Of a DNA stretch of 64,000 nt, positions 1 to 9,733 are shown piece after piece. Every line of letters starts with the position of its first letter. The stretch's first letter is position 1. The stretch is taken from positions 22,349-86,348 of the IMG/VR virus record IMGVR_UViG_3300033388_004609. One strand, given 5' to 3'. Source of the stretch: a virus. A program made the translations under genes and the position numbers. Under the pieces are notes generated by a model. It searched no databases. It saw only the letters and a list, made by a program, of their open reading frames with translations, and had not been told where the DNA came from.

Positions 1-1327
1 GCGCAGACGCAAGCTCTGTACGCCTCATATAAACATTATATAGATACTTGTAAGGTTTTACCCTATCCATAAGAGATATTCCCTCACTGGTATTTATACT
101 ATATATTGTACCTACATATGGTGGTAAGCACTTAGAAGGATTACTCATTGACGATCCTATCCTTGGTAGAGGCTCCATTCTAACATATATATCCGGGCCT
201 ATCTTATACCCTTGCCACCATTCATTAATCCAGAACCATTTAACTTTCCAACCAAGATCATCTCTTATAGGAAAATTCTCATCAACAAACGTTTCTCTTT
301 CATCTCCATTCTTATCTATATAAGCAAGTTTACCAACCTTCTTACGTGATTTCCATACTACACGGGAAACTCTTATATCCCCATCAGCATTATAATGACT
401 ACCGTAGCCATGAGTTGTCTTACCATCAACGGTTATGAGTTGGGAGTTTGAGTGATATGTACTATCCTGGGCACTATCAATAGGACCAACAAGTACAATA
501 TCTGCCGGATGTTTTCCAAACCGGCTTTTTTCTTCAAGTTGCGAAACCTGATCACTGCTCAAAACATCCCAAAACTCATCGATCACACTACCCACGGATC
601 GAAAACCGTCCTCCACTATTAGATCTGCGTCTTCTATCTTATGACTTTCCCCCATTCCCATCGTATAAATGTTTAGAGGGTTTTTTCTTGTTGTTATCGG
701 TTCACCATGTATTGCATCTACAGCAAATATTTCTTCTGCAGCTACAAGCACATCAAAGAATGATGAACTGAAAATATGTTTTAATTGTTGTGTATGCCAA
801 AAATATGAAAGGATCCTACTACCCATCTTCTCAGAAGCATCTTGGTATTCATATTCCTGGTAATGTTTTAATTGTTCCATTCTTCTTCCTGCTTGCTCTT
901 CCGAATAATCTGAATTACTTATTTCAGAAAACATAAGATCCCTTAATTGCATACCCATCGCATACTCTTTTGCACTTATGGCATCTTCATTAACTGTTCT
1001 TAACCGAAAATCAAATCTACGTTTCGCTTCTTCTCCTTTTAAAACATTAAACTTTGATAACTCGATAGGATAATTCTGAATCTTCGCGGGAAAATGAACA
1101 CCTTTAATATTCATAGGATTAAAAACCTTCTCGATCTCCGCTTCGTCAATTATTCCAGCTATCAAATTATAATTCACCACAAGGTCCGCTTTACGTTTTC
1201 TAATTATTCCAGTTTCGGAAGTAGTAATCGTTAATCCTGCTTCGATATTTTCTTTTCCCCATGTCTTGTTTTTCTCTGTCATGGTTTTCTTCTGAGCAGG
1301 TAAATGATAAAGTTTTGTTTGTAACAT
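1..1327 (-). CDS. Portal protein, crAss-like (3' part runs off the window)
   Basis: Not in the ORF track because it is open-ended. ATG at 1327, read manually: MLQTKLYHLPAQKKTMTEKNKTW...PAKIQNYPI...KGEEAKRRFDF...VWKSRKKVG...WINEWWQGYKIGPDIY...SLMDRVKPYKYLYNVYM. These motifs are typical of crAss portals, and the gene lies directly downstream of TerL. Confidence 0.85.
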   Translation of the reverse strand, partial: MLQTKLYHLPAQKKTMTEKNKTWGKENIEAGLTITTSETGIIRKRKADLVVNYNLIAGIIDEAEIEKVFNPMNIKGVHFPAKIQNYPIELSKFNVLKGEEAKRRFDFRLRTVNEDAISAKEYAMGMQLRDLMFSEISNSDYSEEQAGRRMEQLKHYQEYEYQDASEKMGSRILSYFWHTQQLKHIFSSSFFDVLVAAEEIFAVDAIHGEPITTRKNPLNIYTMGMGESHKIEDADLIVEDGFRSVGSVIDEFWDVLSSDQVSQLEEKSRFGKHPADIVLVGPIDSAQDSTYHSNSQLITVDGKTTHGYGSHYNADGDIRVSRVVWKSRKKVGKLAYIDKNGDERETFVDENFPIRDDLGWKVKWFWINEWWQGYKIGPDIYVRMEPLPRIGSSMSNPSKCLPPYVGTIYSINTSEGISLMDRVKPYKYLYNVYMRRTELASA

Positions 1328-1331
1328 AATT

Positions 1332-4300
1332 TTAAATTTTTAGTTGTTTTTTTAATTCTCTCATTTTTAACATTTTTGCAAATGGATCTGCTTTCTCCAT
1401 GGCTTTATATTTAAACATATCCATTCTTGCAAAAAAACCTGGTACCTCCAATGCTTTATGTGATTCCTCCGGATCGAAATGCATCATGTCTTCTTTAAGA
1501 AGCATCAACATTCCAAATGCGCTTACTCTGTCAAAATTACCGTCTTTATGCCAATATATAAATTCCTGTAATAATGGAATAGATCGTATTGTATGTAAAT
1601 TCATTAACTCACTACTACTGCTAACTTTAGTCACCAAATGTATTAATGATAATTCTCTCGCCCATTTATTTATTCCCTGTGTACCAGGAGATCCTTTTCC
1701 ACGATTAAGTACTACTTTATCAACTACCTTATCAGCTACTACCTTTGGAGTATCACAAAGCAAGTATGAAGAGAATGTATTATTCATATAAGTCCCCATA
1801 CCCTTGCAATCATTCTCGTAATTACACTTAGCATTATAATATATTAGTAACCTGCGAACATTTTCATAATACATATTCGCTGTCAGTGGCCGACCAGTAT
1901 ATTCTGCAACAATTCTACCTGTCACTTTATTCATGACAAATGTTGAACCAAGTGAATCTGTTGTTGAGTCATCATGGTCATATGTATCGTTACCAGCTAT
2001 ATAAAGTCCATACGGCACTTCTCCATCCTCTCCTGTTACTGGATGCTCATAGATCACTATACACCCTTCTATAAGCTTCTTATCGTTTAAAGGGAATGTT
2101 CTAATCGGTCTTGCCTCAGGATCTAGTTTCCATTCAATCTTTTCAGTCTCCGGGTTAATTACAAGTTTACCAACATACTCTGTGTCTTCGAATTTTTCAG
2201 GGTGAGTTCTTACATACGCAAGATGTTCTTTAAGATCATTAATAGGAAAGATAGTACCACCAATACGCATACATGCTTCCTGTGGTGTCTTGGGTTCTTC
2301 TGCAATGTGTCTTATTATTGCTTCGGGATTCTTTGTTTCATTTCTTACTTTATCCCTATCAGCCTCTATTAGTTTATCTGCAAGTTCTGTATCTGAATTA
2401 CCATCCTTATCCATGGTCCCTTCAAGATTCTTTAATACAGAAGAAAAGAAACCAGACTTCGATCCAGCAGTTGTAGTATCCCATATATTAGGAACCATAT
2501 GAACATTATATCCACCACCTTCATAATAAAGTTGCTCTAACCCCATAAAGTCTTGATTTTCAGTTCCTCCAGTTTGTTTGGTTATAAAATTGTTTGAGAT
2601 ATATGTATTTGTGTAAGCTGTATGAAGATTATAAATATTCTGCATCCCTATATATTCAACCTTTGTAACAGATTCGGTTCTAAAATTAGTCATTCCTTTT
2701 TTGCCAATAAAAAAATGACCTTTATCATTATCAGGATTCAATTCGAAAACACCTTTATTAATTCTGCTTCTATCTATAGAATTAGATTCATGTATCCGTC
2801 TCAAGACTTCCACTTTTTTCTTAGACAAAAGTTTAATATTCTTTTCGAAATTCTTTACATCATTTATATTTGTAATATACAATCTATAAACATATTCTTT
2901 ACCACCACTATATCCGCTAGTTCTCTTCTCTTTGATTATATTACCATGAATGCCAAACTTCGTCAACTGATAATAAACCTCCTTAAGTAAAGGTTTAATA
3001 TTACTCGTCAATACTACTCGAACTGTTTTCTTTTGCTTAGTCCATGTCACATGACCATCTGCATCAAAATAGCCTGCAAGTAAATCAGAAAGTGATTTTT
3101 TATTATATTCGTGAATATTCTTAGGGAGCCTTTTATCATCTTTTACTTGTCCGTATATACCAATATCTTTTAATACATGTGAAAAGTTCTTTATTCCTAC
3201 CGAATCATGCACTCCTCCATTACTCATAAATTTTGATTTGTATATAGAGGTATCATAATTTTTCTTAACATATTTTAATATTGAATCGTCTGCACATGAC
3301 AATTGAGGAGTTGCTCCTTTTGTATAATTTCCATCACCAATTAATAATCCTATTAATCGAGCATCTTTTATATTCTTTTTCCCAAATACAGGAACTTCAT
3401 CAATCTTTAATAATTGATCTCCTGGTTTTATATTTTTTGTTAATGTAAACGAAACTCTTCTTCCTGCCTGAAATTTTCCATCCATATATTTATACCATTG
3501 AGGTCTTGTCCACATTAATGGATGATCTCCTGAACATTCTATATAATTTTCTCCTGAAGTTGTTATTCTATAACATGGCTTTTTTTCAGGAGGTTTAAAC
3601 CATTTTATTTTTTCTTTATAGGACTTATAACCATCGTAACCTATAATTCCATCCTCTTGTTGTAAATCTTCAATATTTATTAGTTTTCCATCTTTCGTCC
3701 ATACTTTAGTTCCTGCACAAACACAGCCGAAGGATGCTTGCAAACCAAAAGTAAGTCTTCCTTGTTGCATACTTTTTAAGGAGATGTTCCATGCTTTTAA
3801 TAAGTTAGGATTTTTTCCGCTCTCTTCATACAGTATTAATTTTCCACGCTTGCCACGTGCTTTGTTCCAATTGTTTTTTAGACTTACTCCTATTATCTCT
3901 GACTTAAATCCTTTCTCTATTTTTAATCCATTCCTCTGAATATAGTAAGAAGCTCTTCTATGCATTACACTATTATGGACCTGTCGTCTTTTTCCCCATG
4001 GAGTATGATTTTCTATATGAGTCATCATATCCCATGCCTTGGTTATTATACCATCTTCAATAAGATAATCTTTATCATCCGCAAAACAATAACTTTTACT
4101 TCCTGGAATAAGATAATAATTACGATTACACATACCGCCACCTTTAAGACTAAATCCTCTCCCCCTGGTTTTGATTACCACTGCATGTTCACCACTCTCT
4201 TCTGCATCATTCAGATAATGAAAATATGTATAATCATTATCCCAAAAATGAGGAAATTGATCCTCCCTATCAGCTTGTGTCTGTTTGGTTAATTCATCAA

Positions 4301-4625
4301 ATCCCCTTTTGTTATCATCTATTTTTTCTCTCTCTACAGCAATAGGTATTGGACAATAATTTAGATAGAAATAAAAATAACCAGGAATCCAATCTCTTCC
4401 AATATCATATCCAAAGACTGATCTCCTGGCTTCTTCTTCCCAGAATTTATAGTACATACTATTGGGGTGAGAATTTACAGGGTAATTAGTGTATCTTCCA
4501 AACTCTTCAAAATGCAGAGCAGAAGCACGCCATTCATCGGTATTATAATGTTTAGTATTCTTATAATAACCTGATGTGATTATATCGCTTTTAGGTTGCA
4601 CCGGTGATAAAATGTCACTGGTCAT
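1332..4625 (-). CDS. terL: Terminase large subunit (crAss-like) with intein
   Basis: Walker A-like IKTRGRGFS, Walker B ILYEESG, FG|TGG motif split by the intein, RNase H-like nuclease AGNDTYDHDDSTTDSLGS...NFDRVSA. Confidence 0.92.
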   Translation of the reverse strand: MTSDILSPVQPKSDIITSGYYKNTKHYNTDEWRASALHFEEFGRYTNYPVNSHPNSMYYKFWEEEARRSVFGYDIGRDWIPGYFYFYLNYCPIPIAVEREKIDDNKRGFDELTKQTQADREDQFPHFWDNDYTYFHYLNDAEESGEHAVVIKTRGRGFSLKGGGMCNRNYYLIPGSKSYCFADDKDYLIEDGIITKAWDMMTHIENHTPWGKRRQVHNSVMHRRASYYIQRNGLKIEKGFKSEIIGVSLKNNWNKARGKRGKLILYEESGKNPNLLKAWNISLKSMQQGRLTFGLQASFGCVCAGTKVWTKDGKLINIEDLQQEDGIIGYDGYKSYKEKIKWFKPPEKKPCYRITTSGENYIECSGDHPLMWTRPQWYKYMDGKFQAGRRVSFTLTKNIKPGDQLLKIDEVPVFGKKNIKDARLIGLLIGDGNYTKGATPQLSCADDSILKYVKKNYDTSIYKSKFMSNGGVHDSVGIKNFSHVLKDIGIYGQVKDDKRLPKNIHEYNKKSLSDLLAGYFDADGHVTWTKQKKTVRVVLTSNIKPLLKEVYYQLTKFGIHGNIIKEKRTSGYSGGKEYVYRLYITNINDVKNFEKNIKLLSKKKVEVLRRIHESNSIDRSRINKGVFELNPDNDKGHFFIGKKGMTNFRTESVTKVEYIGMQNIYNLHTAYTNTYISNNFITKQTGGTENQDFMGLEQLYYEGGGYNVHMVPNIWDTTTAGSKSGFFSSVLKNLEGTMDKDGNSDTELADKLIEADRDKVRNETKNPEAIIRHIAEEPKTPQEACMRIGGTIFPINDLKEHLAYVRTHPEKFEDTEYVGKLVINPETEKIEWKLDPEARPIRTFPLNDKKLIEGCIVIYEHPVTGEDGEVPYGLYIAGNDTYDHDDSTTDSLGSTFVMNKVTGRIVAEYTGRPLTANMYYENVRRLLIYYNAKCNYENDCKGMGTYMNNTFSSYLLCDTPKVVADKVVDKVVLNRGKGSPGTQGINKWARELSLIHLVTKVSSSSELMNLHTIRSIPLLQEFIYWHKDGNFDRVSAFGMLMLLKEDMMHFDPEESHKALEVPGFFARMDMFKYKAMEKADPFAKMLKMRELKKQLKI
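2574..3725 (-). mobile_element. Intein with LAGLIDADG homing endonuclease, 384 aa, Cys1...Lys-Gln/Thr+1
   Basis: Block A CVCAGTKVWT, block B IECSGDHPL, LAGLIDADG motifs LIGLLIGDG and LLAGYFDADG, blocks F/G IYNLHTAYTNTYISNNFITKQ|T. Removing it restores ASFG-TGG. Confidence 0.9.
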
Positions 4626-4631
4626 AATATG

Positions 4632-5186
4632 TTATTTTATATCTTTAAGCCAGGTGGCTTTCTCTTTATCTTCAAACATTCCTGCTTTTCCTCCACCCCG
4701 GATTATCATCTCTTCTTCTTCATGAAACACTTTCCTCTCCCATTTCTCCAACTTCTCAAGTATTACTTCTATATCTTTTAAACTCTTCGTGATCTTTGCA
4801 GGTTCATAATCTTTTTTCTTTACTGGGTTATATTTTAAACTTTCAAGATAAGCTATAAGAGAATCTACTGTCATTCTAATAGACTTAAGGTATCTCATAG
4901 AGGAAGTAAGTTGTAATTTTTCATACTTTTCTATTGCTTCTATAACGGTATCATCAGGAATATACTTTTTATCTTTCATGATATCTTTAGCAATATTCTC
5001 CTCTTTCTCTAAGCCAAAGGTATTATATTCTGACTTATAATCAGCAATAAAATATATATATGCAAATTCTTGTTTAGCTTTTTTCTTGGTTTTTGAAGGA
5101 TCACGATCCCATATTTTTTTAAATTCCGGCACCAACATTAACATTGGATCAGGTACCATTTCGTTATTCTCGTTATAATTAAACAT
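4632..5186 (-). CDS. Conserved crAss-like protein upstream of TerL (possible small terminase subunit)
   Basis: Position next to TerL; IWDRD..K.K..A..EFAYIYF..DYKS.Y motif recalled from crAss-like packaging modules. Function is inferred. Confidence 0.5.
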   Translation of the reverse strand: MFNYNENNEMVPDPMLMLVPEFKKIWDRDPSKTKKKAKQEFAYIYFIADYKSEYNTFGLEKEENIAKDIMKDKKYIPDDTVIEAIEKYEKLQLTSSMRYLKSIRMTVDSLIAYLESLKYNPVKKKDYEPAKITKSLKDIEVILEKLEKWERKVFHEEEEMIIRGGGKAGMFEDKEKATWLKDIK

Positions 5187-5189
5187 ATC

Positions 5190-5456
5190 TTATCTATTTA
5201 GTGCTATACGTTTCTGTTCTTTCAAATAATATTTGCGACTTATATATTTTAATCGTTTTTTATTGACCTTGAATAATCCAAACAATGGTAATCTGACTGA
5301 TGGCAAAAATCCCTTTTCTTCATCTGCCATATTTATTACTTCCTTCACCCCTTCAAATTGCGACATCACTATCATATATATTGTTGTCTTTCTAAGACCA
5401 TGTTTCTCTGCTAATCTGGATAACTCTTTGTCTGTCCATTTACTCTTCATGACCAT
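5190..5456 (-). CDS. HU/IHF-like DNA-binding protein
   Basis: Small basic protein with SVRLPLFGLFKV (HU/IHF V.L..FG.F motif). Confidence 0.6.
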   Translation of the reverse strand: MVMKSKWTDKELSRLAEKHGLRKTTIYMIVMSQFEGVKEVINMADEEKGFLPSVRLPLFGLFKVNKKRLKYISRKYYLKEQKRIALNR

Positions 5457-5853
5457 TAATCTTAAATTTGAAACTTAATAGTTGAGTTTCGTTACTATAT
5501 ACAATGAATGGTTTATTTATAGTTTTCCCATTAAGAATTCTCATTTTTCTTAACATTGAAAAGTAATTATTTAATTGATGAATTTTTATTCCAAGGTCAA
5601 AACATATATTTTCTTTTATATGTTTTCCGAATACAACATCCCATTTTACATTATCAGGTAAGTCTTTATTAAGATCATTATGATATAGTAATTTGGCATA
5701 TATTTTCAACGGGATATCACTTAATCTGATTTTCTTTTTATTCACCTTAGATAGTATAGCATCTAGTACAGGACGCTTTAACGTGAGGTATTCAAGAAAG
5801 AATTTTTCTTTGGTTGTGGGAATAATAATCTCTTCTACCGATGCTCCTAACAT
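5440..5853 (-). CDS. Hypothetical protein, possible winged HTH
   Basis: ORF in the operon; ICFDLGIKIHQLNNYFSMLRKMRIL looks HTH-like. Confidence 0.5.
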   Translation of the reverse strand: MLGASVEEIIIPTTKEKFFLEYLTLKRPVLDAILSKVNKKKIRLSDIPLKIYAKLLYHNDLNKDLPDNVKWDVVFGKHIKENICFDLGIKIHQLNNYFSMLRKMRILNGKTINKPFIVYSNETQLLSFKFKINGHEE

Positions 5854-5921
5854 ATCCTAACGAAATTATACATTTAGTACAAATGAAAAAATACTGTTGT
5901 ACAAAATGAAATTATATGTTT

Positions 5922-5929
5922 CAAAGATA
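5922..5929 (-). promoter_or_regulatory. Bacteroidota sigma-A -7 element TATCTTTG
   Basis: Matches TAnnTTTG with TTG about 20 nt upstream; precedes the packaging genes. Confidence 0.55.
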
Positions 5930-5935
5930 TATTAT

Positions 5936-6040
5936 AAAAAAACAACAGCCAAATAAAAATATAATATTCTTATCTGGCTGCTATCCTAAAAGTTCGAAAT
6001 CTCCTTGCTGCGTCTCAAACTTTCCTAGGTACTGCTTTAC
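5936..6040 (-). ncRNA. Candidate ~105-nt small RNA (hairpin plus intrinsic terminator)
   Basis: Own promoter TATCTTTG at 6043-6050, hairpin 5985-6029, long terminator stem 5943-5983 followed by U7. Confidence 0.45.
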
Positions 6041-6071
6041 GTCAAAGATACAATTTAAAAACTATTCGCAA

Positions 6072-6482
6072 CTAATAAACAATACCAAAAACTTCATGTG
6101 CTTTAATCATGTAATAAAGTTTCTTATTAACTATTACCGGTTCACCTGTACTACCCCTATAATATATCTTCTGACCTACTTTAACCGGCATAGGCATAAT
6201 TACACCTTCCTCGATAGATCGTCCGGGACCGACAGCCTTAACACTTGCCTGGTTAGGATGTTTATCCCACTTACCAAGGAACTTTGACGAAGCATCTGCA
6301 TAGGTCGTATACTCTTCTCTTCGTTGCTTTTCAATCTCTAATATATTACTTGGTTTTGCTGCATCAACCGACACAAGACCAAGTTTCTGTATCTTGCTTT
6401 CTTCTTTAGACTTAATGTTTATTCTCTCAATCACTATCCAGTCCTCGACCGGGTGTAGTGGAAATTTAATTGGATCTTTCAT
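6072..6482 (-). CDS. groES: Co-chaperonin GroES (Cpn10) with enlarged mobile loop
   Basis: LHPVEDWIVIER...VKAVGPGR...PVKVGQKIYY....GEPV......YYMIKAHEVFGIV. Confidence 0.85.
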   Translation of the reverse strand: MKDPIKFPLHPVEDWIVIERINIKSKEESKIQKLGLVSVDAAKPSNILEIEKQRREEYTTYADASSKFLGKWDKHPNQASVKAVGPGRSIEEGVIMPMPVKVGQKIYYRGSTGEPVIVNKKLYYMIKAHEVFGIVY

Positions 6483-6500
6483 ACTGCGTTTTTATTAATA

Positions 6501-7040
6501 TTAAAATGGTAAATCTGTATTTTCATTATTGCAATCCTCCGGTTCTTCTTTATTTTCTTTTTCTACAATCTTTGCTTCGCTTACTTGTGGTTCTTTCTTA
6601 CCAAACAATTCATCATCTACTGCATCCTCGTTAGCTCCACCACCCAGTATATCATTACTCTCTCCATTCATAGATAATACCTCTCCCGGTCTTATAACAT
6701 CTCCTAACGTGCTATGATTGGTACCATCAAGTAAATCTATCGTTAATACATCAAGGTTGGTAAAGTACATCATTTTCCCATCCTTATTTTCCCACTTCCT
6801 GCCGGTAAGTCTATACTCAATCATCACCTTATCTCCTTCCTTTATTTCAGAAAGCCTTGTAGTCATATTCTGTACACACTGGAACTTCACAAATTCTTCA
6901 TTAGGTTCTCCTTTATAATTAAGATCCTCTATTACTAACAGAAATTCCTGTTTACGAAAAGTAGATGACACCTCTTTTATTGGTAATTTTTTCTCAATTA
7001 CTCCAACTATTCTGAATTTATTTTCTTCCATTGCTATCAA
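6501..7040 (-). CDS. DUF3127-like OB-fold/SSB protein
   Basis: FRKQEFLL...VKFQC...GDKV.IEY.LTGRKW....YFTNL; acidic tail ending DLPF. Confidence 0.75.
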   Translation of the reverse strand: MIAMEENKFRIVGVIEKKLPIKEVSSTFRKQEFLLVIEDLNYKGEPNEEFVKFQCVQNMTTRLSEIKEGDKVMIEYRLTGRKWENKDGKMMYFTNLDVLTIDLLDGTNHSTLGDVIRPGEVLSMNGESNDILGGGANEDAVDDELFGKKEPQVSEAKIVEKENKEEPEDCNNENTDLPF

Positions 7041-7073
7041 ATTAAATATTTATAAAAGTACAAAAAATATCAA

Positions 7074-8183
7074 TTAAGGGAAAGCTTTACACATAGAATC
7101 ATTGATTATTACTTTCTCAACTATTTCATTATAACTACCGAATGTGCATCTAGGACAATCTTTTACTTTAATATCGCGTATCATTTTTCTATGAAATTCT
7201 GTATTCCATACTTTAAGTATCTCTACTGGATCCGGATCATGCTTGCATAATATTAAATCCTTTCTTCCGCGCATGTCAAAACATGTATGAACATTACCAT
7301 CAGCACCAAATGTAGGTAACAAAGGAATCGCCCAACATCGTGAGAAATTTACTTTACGTGAGAAATCCGGATTGAACTTATGTCTTATTCCATACACTCT
7401 AAAATATTTTGTTTCAAGTTTCATCCCTTCATTTAATTGCTTATTTATCCTATCAATTAAACTTGTATAATCCGGTTTTCTTATTACATGAGGTAGATTA
7501 TCCCATCCTGCCGGTCTTAAATGAAAATCATGTACTCCTATTTCTTTAGCCAATTTTATTGCATCATATATCTCTAATGCATTACCAGGAGTTAAAAGAA
7601 ATTTGAATGCCACATCACATTTCGAATTAGTATCTCTAATCCTTTTTACAACTTTCTTAATATTTTCTATTACTAATTTAAACATTCCACCACCATTAAG
7701 TCCCTTAAGTTTATTATATGTTTCTGTTGTTGCTGCATCTACAGAGAATCCTATCCATCTTGCTGTACGTGCTATTGCTTCTATATGATACTCCTTCATA
7801 ATAGATCCATTAGTAATAATTCCTATCTCCATACCATGATAATACATTCTATTATACAAACTTACCAAATTAGGATTCATAAAACTCTCACCGCCACCAG
7901 CGATGCATGCTGAATTAGGAGTCTTATGTCTTGTTGAATTTCTCCAATCAGCTAAAAAATCCACTAATTTTATCATATGTTTCTCTGACATATCCATCCC
8001 ACTTTCATGTATCATCTTCCAAGCATTACAATGCGGACATTTAAAATTGCATCTATTTGAAGGATCAATATCTACGGTTATCGGTGGTAAGTAATCTTCT
8101 TTAGCACACCCTTCAAGATGTTTTCTCCACAATAACACTTTTGCACTATTAAACGGATTCCAAGGATTAGACCATTCTTTCAT
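7074..8183 (-). CDS. Radical SAM enzyme with C-terminal SPASM/twitch domain
   Basis: CNFKCPHC, GGGES, ITNG, SVDA; C-terminal CWA...ADGNVHTC...CPRC. Confidence 0.85.
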   Translation of the reverse strand: MKEWSNPWNPFNSAKVLLWRKHLEGCAKEDYLPPITVDIDPSNRCNFKCPHCNAWKMIHESGMDMSEKHMIKLVDFLADWRNSTRHKTPNSACIAGGGESFMNPNLVSLYNRMYYHGMEIGIITNGSIMKEYHIEAIARTARWIGFSVDAATTETYNKLKGLNGGGMFKLVIENIKKVVKRIRDTNSKCDVAFKFLLTPGNALEIYDAIKLAKEIGVHDFHLRPAGWDNLPHVIRKPDYTSLIDRINKQLNEGMKLETKYFRVYGIRHKFNPDFSRKVNFSRCWAIPLLPTFGADGNVHTCFDMRGRKDLILCKHDPDPVEILKVWNTEFHRKMIRDIKVKDCPRCTFGSYNEIVEKVIINDSMCKAFP

Positions 8184-8188
8184 AATCT

Positions 8189-8884
8189 TTACTTTAAAAT
8201 ATCATTTAAATAATGTAATGAAGTTTTTAGTTGGCTATCATCAGTATCGTAATCGTAAATAATTTTCTTTGCTTTTTCATTAACATGTAACTTTTTAGAT
8301 AACACATTAGTAATCTCTTGTACTGTTATATTGTCGCTACTATACAACCTTATTATTTCATTCCTTTTAGAATACAAATATTCTTTGATTTTCTTTGCTA
8401 CTTCTGTTACAGCAATTAATTGCAGTTTTGAATCAGGGGTTAAATATACTTCCTGATTTGTCACTATATCGTTAACTACACCTTTTCTTGCATCCTTACC
8501 TATAACAGCACAGCAACGTATCACTAACCAATTATCACAATATCTTTCAACTATTTGTTCTGCCAGATATCTATTAAGCCCATATATATCAATATTCTTT
8601 TCTGCATCAATAGTTGATATGTATATATATTTATCATATTTGAAATGACTAAACGAATCTATCACAGTTGTCACAGATGTCTTAAAATCCCTTTCTGGAT
8701 ATCTGTTTGCCAGGAACTTTGTACTATTACCATTTGCATTAATTAGTATATCAAACTCTTCGCCAACGTGGCTACGATAATTACTTTTCGTAATCTCTAT
8801 TATTTCAAAATCTTTTTTAAGCGATAAAGCAATATTTTTGCCTATAAATCCAAGTGCTCCTATTATTCCTATTTTCATAATCAA
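8189..8884 (-). CDS. NAD-dependent epimerase/dehydratase-like (extended SDR)
   Basis: GALGFIG, INANG, YIYIST, YGLNR (YxxxK appears as YxxxR). Confidence 0.75.
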   Translation of the reverse strand: MIMKIGIIGALGFIGKNIALSLKKDFEIIEITKSNYRSHVGEEFDILINANGNSTKFLANRYPERDFKTSVTTVIDSFSHFKYDKYIYISTIDAEKNIDIYGLNRYLAEQIVERYCDNWLVIRCCAVIGKDARKGVVNDIVTNQEVYLTPDSKLQLIAVTEVAKKIKEYLYSKRNEIIRLYSSDNITVQEITNVLSKKLHVNEKAKKIIYDYDTDDSQLKTSLHYLNDILK

Positions 8885-8908
8885 ATAATTTCATATTTCA
8901 AAAATTCA

Positions 8909-9727
8909 TCATTCATAATTACAATTTAATTTAATCCATTCAAAAGGAATTATATTAATATTTGAATTATTGCGATCTATTGTCCATTGATTCGGTACTA
9001 TAATAATTTTATTCGGATTATTGATTAACCATGAACCCCACCAACTAAATGAACTATTAGCAATTATTGAATGCTTACACTTACTCATAAGATATATGGT
9101 TTCATAATCCGTAAATTTCTCAAGTGTAACATCAATAACTTCTCCGAATTCGTTCTTCATCCATTGATAATCATCACTAACTCCCACAATTAATGAATCA
9201 GGAAACCATTTATTCATCATAGATAGTGCCCTTATATAATAATTTTTTTTTTTTTTTTCATGAGCTTTTCTAGCGGCAACATCCACAACTATCTCATTCC
9301 TGCGTATATGCATAAAAATAGGTTCTTTGTTTCCAGTAATACGTTCCTCCATTGCTAGTAATTGAGTAGTTATGTACTCTTCTTTTAATATAAACTCTTT
9401 TAATATTACATTTCTATATTGTTTAAAGTATTCTTCGGCTTGCCAATAACCATCAAGTATTACATTTTCATTACCGAATTTTTGTATTAGGTCTATATCC
9501 CATGCAAATATTCTCTCTTTTATCAATCTTGCATCCTTTGACTTTCCGCGATTATTAGCAATATTAAATTTATCAAGAACAAATGGATAAGGGTATTTTC
9601 TGCGGGGATTATTATACGATGAAATATCCAATATCATACTTGTATCATTAAATAAAGATAATGCTCTTGCTGTAGCGTATTGAAACATCTGATTTCCTAA
9701 TCCTCCTTTAATTTTTATTGTTATCAT
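8909..9727 (-). CDS. Alpha-1,2-fucosyltransferase (GT11)
   Basis: GGLGNQMFQYA, GYWQ.E.YF, HIRR, SDD, IIANSSFSWWG. Confidence 0.88.
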   Translation of the reverse strand: MITIKIKGGLGNQMFQYATARALSLFNDTSMILDISSYNNPRRKYPYPFVLDKFNIANNRGKSKDARLIKERIFAWDIDLIQKFGNENVILDGYWQAEEYFKQYRNVILKEFILKEEYITTQLLAMEERITGNKEPIFMHIRRNEIVVDVAARKAHEKKKKNYYIRALSMMNKWFPDSLIVGVSDDYQWMKNEFGEVIDVTLEKFTDYETIYLMSKCKHSIIANSSFSWWGSWLINNPNKIIIVPNQWTIDRNNSNINIIPFEWIKLNCNYE

Positions 9728-9733
9728 TATTGA

